The notes under the pieces are model-generated. The model saw nothing but the letters and a program-made list of their open reading frames with translations, ran no database searches and was not told the DNA's origin. 64,000 nt of DNA, taken from Octopus bimaculoides. Taxonomy: Eukaryota. Positions 59,501 to 64,000 of the stretch are shown here, piece by piece (position 1 is the first letter of the stretch; each line of letters starts with the position of its first letter). A program made the position numbers and the translations under genes. The stretch lies in contig NC_068995.1 of the NCBI RefSeq assembly GCF_001194135.2, positions 32,646,085 through 32,710,084 of the forward strand, given 5' to 3'.

Positions 59501-62500
59501 GATATTGATTTGTGTCGATTGTAAAGCTACAATGGAGGGAACCGTCAAGTCTGATTTCTGGTGACCTTTTACACCAACTGTTTTCTAAACTTATACATTA
59601 TACAGGGGTGAATTGCTGTTGCTTTCCTCTTGAGTTCAGTGTTTTTCCTACAGGATAACTGAATTCTTAACCCTTTAGCATTTGAACTGGCCATATCAGG
59701 CTCAATATTCTACCTGTTTTATGTTCAAATGGCTAAATTCAGCCTTTTGCACTTACCCTGCAATGTCATTCTAAAAAATAAATCATATTGAAATCTCAAA
59801 TCTGTGAGATAATGCATAAATAATTCAAATCAATGTGAATAAGTAGGTATTACATTTGACACTCTGAATGCTAAGAGGTTAATTAACATGACTGACTATC
59901 TCACAGTTTCTATTTAACAAACTTCACTCACAAAGCTTCAGTAGGATACCCTTGCCCAAAATGCTGTATGATGAGATTGAACCTTGGACACTTTGGTTGT
60001 GAAGCAAACTCCTAAATCACACAGGCAGGCTATTCCTCCTATAATTAATTACTGTCATCATCATCAACAGTTAACATCTGTTTTCCATATTGGCATAGGT
60101 TGGATGGCTTAACTGGCAAGGCCAGGAGCTGCACCAGGTTCCATAGTCTGTTTTGGCTTGGTTTCTACAGCCAGATGCCCTTCCTAATGCCAGCCACTTT
60201 ACAGAGTACAGTGGGTGCTTTTTTAAGTGGCACCAGCACCCACACCATTGTTTTTATATGATAAATAGTAGAGATGAGATGTTACTTGGTTTAGTTTAAC
60301 TTCTATGTGATGTTCAGTCAATGTAATCCATGAAACATTTTCTACTCCTCGCAGATAATGTTACCTTACAAATTGATGGTGTACTTTACCTCAGAGTGAT
60401 TGATGCATACAAAGTAAGGCACTTCTTGTTCTCTTTTAACATTTTACTGTATTTTGTCAATGCTGTTGTTTGCCTTTTTAACCCTTCTCTTGTTCCCATA
60501 TTTCTGTTGATATACATTGTGTTTTAATTAATTTTAGAAATTATGATGAATTTAGTAAAATAACTTTATTAAACTAGTGTTTGGAACATAAATTTACATG
60601 AAATTTTGATGGAAAGTTCTAAAATATGAAATTTGTATCAGAATGAGGGACTCTCTTGAGCAGATTGATATCAAAAGGGTTAGCCTTAATTTAGTGATTT
60701 TTGATGATTATTGCTTGGGCTGACAACTCACTTGCAGTAGAAATGATATTTTTACAATATGGAGGGAACATATGGAAGAGGCAGACCCAAGAAGATGTGG
60801 GATGAAGTAGTGATAAAGGATATTCAAACGTTGAGCCTCACAGGAGAAATGACAAGGGACTGAGACTTCTGGTGGTTTGCTGTACATGACACACCAATCT
60901 AAATAAAATCATGTATGTCCATACCTGCAAGCATGTCCTCTACACCCCTCTCTCAGCAGAGAGTTCCTAGTCTTGCAGACTCATGGATGCTGGTACCATG
61001 TAAATGTACCCATACTCATGCCTGTGCCAGTGTCACATCAAAGCACCCAGTACACTCTGTAAAGTAGTTGGATCCCCTTGGTAAAAATGCTTTCGTTCTG
61101 TTTGTCAAAAAAAGGCATCAACAGCAGATATAGCATCAACATCAAAGTGGTGCTAGTTCCCAGCCAAGTGTTTTTTCATGTTGGGGAACAGATGATTGTC
61201 AGATGGGGCCAAATCAAGAGAACAGGGAGGGTGATCAACCAGTTCAAAGTCGCAGTCATGCACAGAAGCCATTGAAAGCAAGGACTTGTGTGCTGGAGAA
61301 TTGTCCTAGTGAAACAGGACTCCCTTTGTCAGTTTTCTTGGGCGTTTGGTCTTGATGGCCTTTCGTAACTGCCTCAGTAAGTTGGCATAATACTCTCCAT
61401 TGATGGGTTGAAAATAGTCAATAAACACAATACCTTTTGCATCCCAAGAAACTGAGGCCATCACCTTCCCTGCAGGTGAAATAACTTTGGCCTTATTTGG
61501 AGCAGGTGAGGAGGGGTATTTCCACTGCATGGATTGTCTCTAGCTCTAAGTTGTGAACTGAACACTCATCTTGGGTTAGGAAACATTCAAAGAAACTGGC
61601 TGGGTCTGCTTCAATCTCAGATTTTCCCATGATGTGGTCAGGTGTCAGAAGACATGGCACCCATCAAGCAGAAGCCTTCATCATGCTAAATTCATTGTGC
61701 AAAATATTCTCAACTCTTATGAAATTTGTTAATAGTATTGGCTATTTAATTTATAGTCAAACACAATCAAATTTTCCCTTGGTAGCGGCACCTGCAAGAC
61801 ACTCAAACCTTGGGTCATCTTTAAGGCTCTCCTTCATTCCTCTCCTAAATTCAGCTTCCCACTTTTGCACTGTTGATAAATCTGAAGCATCATCCTCTGA
61901 TTTAGCAAGCATGTCAGCATGAATGTCCTTGGGGACAAAATTGCTTTTCTGCAGGTACTTGATAAAGGCCATGATACCAAATTTTGTCCATTTCCAAAAG
62001 AAGTTGCTATTAGTTACTTTTGAAGTCTTCTTTGAACAGTCAGATGTCAGTTTACCTGGAGAGAAACAATATGGTTATTAAGAGTTGCATGGAAGATTTC
62101 ATAGCTCTAGCATCACTCCTTCATAGTCAGCCTTTGAATCTTTCAGCCCACTCTTGTATATATGGCTTAATCAAAGCCATATTAAGGGCCAAATAGTGGT
62201 GTTAGCCCTCTAGCATTTAAAGCAGCCAGACCTGACCTCTTATAACTACTTTACAATATCATCTTAGAAATGAACAGTCACATCATCAAAATCTTGAAAC
62301 TATGAGATAATGCAGGATTGAGTCAAAACAATGTGAATAATTAAGTATTACATATAACATAGTAATCTGAATGCTGAAGGGTTAAATCAAGAGAATAAGT
62401 AGTCTGCTACCCAAGGACAGGAGTGGTCCTCTCCTGTGGACTTCCATACAAAAGACACTTTCCTAAGAACTATGCAGTGAGTCAAACCAGAAATCTTACA

Positions 62501-63977
62501 GCTGCAAAACAAACTTGTTTATTACACACCTTTGTGTTGTCAGTACAATGAAATCCGACTACATTCCAAGCTGTGCACACCTGGTTTAGAATCCTGATAA
62601 TTCACAGATTTCTTTCTTTTTCAGGCCAGCTATGGTGTTGAAGATGCTGAGTATGCTATCACACAGCTTGCTCAAACAACAATGAGATCTGAAATAGGCA
62701 AAATCAATCTTGATACTGTATTTAGAGAACGAGAACTGTTAAATTATGCAATCGTAGGTAAGTTTCAGCAAAAACGTACCCTACTTTCTTTCAATATGAC
62801 TTTCTACATGTTACTCAATGTGTTGTTGGCACTCCGTCGCTTATGACGTCGAGGGTTCCAGTTGATCCGATCAACGGAACAGCCTGCTCGTGAAATTAAC
62901 GTGCAAGTGGCTGAGTACTCCGTAGACACGTGTACCCTTAACGTAGTTCTTGGGGATATTCAGCGTGACACAGTGTGACAAGGCTGACCTTTTGAATTAG
63001 AGGCACAACAGAGACAGGAAGAAAGAGTGAGAGAAAGCTGTGTTGAAAGAGTACAGCAGGGTTCGCCACCATCCCCTGCCGGAGCTTCATGGAGCTTTAG
63101 GTGTTTTCACTCAATAAACACTCACAATGCCCGGTCTGGGAAGCATGTTGCTCAATATGTTATCATTATTCTGTCAAAGTGAGAGGTAGATGAGTAGAGG
63201 CAGCTTACTGGCTGTCTCTACTCACCTACCTCTCACTTCTAGAAACTTACTAAGCATGTTACCAAATTTATCCTACTCACAACTACAGTCTTATCACAGT
63301 CCATTCCCTCCTATGAGTTTCCCATAGACTTCTGTCTTCAATTGAACTTTCAACATGTCACCCTCACCTGTGTGGGAGAGACTGCAAATGCCACAAGTAT
63401 TGCTATTTTCATTTGACTTAATTTTTTTTAAGAAATAATAATTTTCAAATTTTCACTTGGTAAGTTATACTTCAAGTTTCAACTTTGAGAAGTGACCATC
63501 TCTCTTTAGAGCACATCTATCCCACAACAATATGCTTGTGAACATTATTAGAATAATAGACTGGATCTAACTGTCATATCCTTGATAAGAAAACCTATTA
63601 CAAGTTACTGGCAATCCTTCACTCATCACTAAATTGTGCCCATTCTTCTCTTCCATCTTCCCCACTACAAAAAGGAAGTTATACTCTTCTGCATTTATTC
63701 ACATTTTTCTAAAGCATCAATTAAAAAGCAGTAAATTATTGTTAAAACCAATGTAAATTATACATCACATTTGACTCTTCAACCGTGTGTGTGTGTATTA
63801 GATAAAGGTATTTAAATGTAAGGAATTCTACCTTCAAATTGTGAGCTAAAAAGTAGTGAAACAATGGTGTTATCCATTAAATGTTGTGAGCAACTTTTGA
63901 TTAGATTTTTTTTTTTTCAGAAGCTATCAATAAAGCAGCCGAGGCATGGGGTATTGACTGCTTGAGATACGAAATCA
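38534..63977 (+). CDS. STOML2: Stomatin-like protein 2 (mitochondrial SPFH/Band-7 protein), 5' part: 6 coding exons, gene continues right of the window
   Basis: Joined exons read LPMNTMLLFVPQQEAWIIERFGKYHKILEP-GLNFVLPVIDTIKYVQSLKEIAIDIPQQSAISI-DNVTLQIDGVLYLRVIDAYK-ASYGVEDAEYAITQLAQTTMRSEIGKINLDTVFRERELLNYAIV-EAINKAAEAWGIDCLRYEI, near-collinear with recalled human SLP-2. Confidence 0.96.
39583..39870. mobile_element. MULE-like MITE inserted into a SINE (interior includes an assembly gap)
   Basis: Perfect inverted ends gcataactacagggttttacccccc / ggggggtaaaaccctgtagttatgc; flanks atgtacag and atgtactg. Confidence 0.75.
41420..42790 (+). mobile_element. Decayed RTE LINE ORF fragment (linker + RT) in STOML2 intron 1
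   Basis: VDLEKVFDRVPHSVIWRSLKTLGVDEW in ORF 42016..42339; LFANDLVF at about 42460; heavily CpG-eroded. Confidence 0.8.
43328..43541. mobile_element. piggyBac-like MITE copy
   Basis: TTAAccctctagt ... aatgctaaagggTTAA. Confidence 0.8.
43960..44722 (+). mobile_element. SINE family 3 copy with a family 1 SINE nested in its internal microsatellite
   Basis: Head 43960-44110, (TA)n, insert 44134-44431, N gap, (TA)n, tail 44505-44722. Confidence 0.75.
44134..44431 (-). mobile_element. SINE family 1 copy, head lost in an N gap
   Basis: Reverse complement of the 16020-16312 body (ttgttggcactccgtcgcttac...ggagctttaggtgttt). Confidence 0.9.
49050..50587 (-). mobile_element. Decayed RTE LINE (RT to C-terminus), truncated at a gap
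   Basis: ORFs 49920..50111 (LVDEWL.RTVQIMYRGAVSKMRV..HQ..LSTLLFTIAL) and 49078..49398 (LREKL.VRGIRCGMQKR.LHWY.HV). Confidence 0.8.
50588..50600 (+). other. Illumina adapter remnant AGATCGGAAGAGC at a contig end
   Basis: Exact 13-nt adapter prefix immediately before the N run 50601-50654. Confidence 0.9.
52529..52669 (+). CDS. STOML2: STOML2 exon 2
   Basis: attttcag| acceptor, CCA|gtgtgt donor; 141 nt; VPQQEAW..ER.G...ILEP motif. Confidence 0.95.
54283..54382 (+). CDS. STOML2: STOML2 exon 3
   Basis: ttttctag| acceptor, G|gtaagt donor; 100 nt; GLN..PV.D.I.YVQSLKEI. Confidence 0.96.
57066..57357. mobile_element. MULE-like MITE with about 45-bp TIRs and 9-bp TSD
   Basis: ggggctaatgcagtttcacacctctctttggaaaatgcatttttt, with a near-identical inverse at the right end; flanks taaataaca and aaaataaca. 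Confidence 0.8.
59667..59882. mobile_element. piggyBac-like MITE copy
   Basis: TTAAccctttagcatt ... aatgctaagaggTTAA. Confidence 0.8.
60355..60413 (+). CDS. STOML2: STOML2 exon 4
   Basis: ctcgcag| acceptor, AAA|gtaagg donor; 59 nt; DNVTLQIDGVLYLR. Confidence 0.96.
61075..62158 (-). mobile_element. Decayed mariner transposon in STOML2 intron 4, 3' end truncated
   Basis: ORFs 61757..61972 (HTH, KWEAEFRRG..LKDDPR) and 61306..61530 (GKVMASVSWDAKGIVFIDY..NGEYYANLLRQLRKAIK); DLAPSDNHLFP near 61190-61225; TIR-like end with TA at 62157-62158. Confidence 0.9.
62202..62385. mobile_element. piggyBac-like MITE copy
   Basis: ttagccctctagcatt ... aatgctgaagggTTAA; same interior as the other copies. Confidence 0.75.
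62625..62757 (+). CDS. STOML2: STOML2 exon 5
   Basis: tttttcag| acceptor, G|gtaagt donor; 133 nt; ASYGVED.EYA.TQLAQTTMRSE.GK. Confidence 0.96.
62820..63143 (-). mobile_element. SINE family 1 copy, 5'-truncated at the B box
   Basis: Same body; 13-bp TSD catgttactcaat / catgttgctcaat (62807-62819 and 63144-63156). Confidence 0.9.
63921..63977 (+). CDS. STOML2: STOML2 exon 6
   Basis: Poly-T cag| acceptor, A|gtaagt donor; 57 nt; AIN.AA..WGI.CLRYEI. Confidence 0.95.
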
Positions 63978-64000
63978 GTAAGTGATTTATTTTATTTATG

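Overview
This is AT-rich, repeat-dense, intron-rich animal genomic DNA from a short-read scaffold with four N gaps. The SINE families and gene content point to an octopus (coleoid cephalopod); the species is an inference. Two housekeeping genes lie head-to-head. On the minus strand, NBAS has 14 coding exons reconstructed by hand from ATG 31643 down to 6071 (1553 nt, frame-consistent across every junction, one GC-AG intron) and continues beyond the left edge. On the plus strand, STOML2/SLP-2 has a candidate exon 1 at 38534 and five confident exons from 52529 to 63977, and continues beyond the right edge. The rest is transposon debris: decayed mariner transposases, MITEs of several superfamilies (Tc1/mariner-, piggyBac-, hAT- and MULE-like), RTE-clade LINE fragments, at least three tRNA-derived SINE families and microsatellites. 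I found no prokaryotic system, CRISPR array, rRNA or true tRNA gene, and no clearly new multi-gene system. The most interesting signals are a fossil CpG-methylation map (a CpG-retaining domain of about 12 kb between CpG-eroded gene bodies), the GC-AG intron, strong intronic inverted repeats that could be dsRNA/ADAR/circRNA substrates, nested insertions with target-site duplications, modular SINEs, and an Illumina adapter left in the assembly. Protein comparisons are against recalled human sequences, not database searches. Repeat boundaries are approximate unless TIRs/TSDs are quoted.
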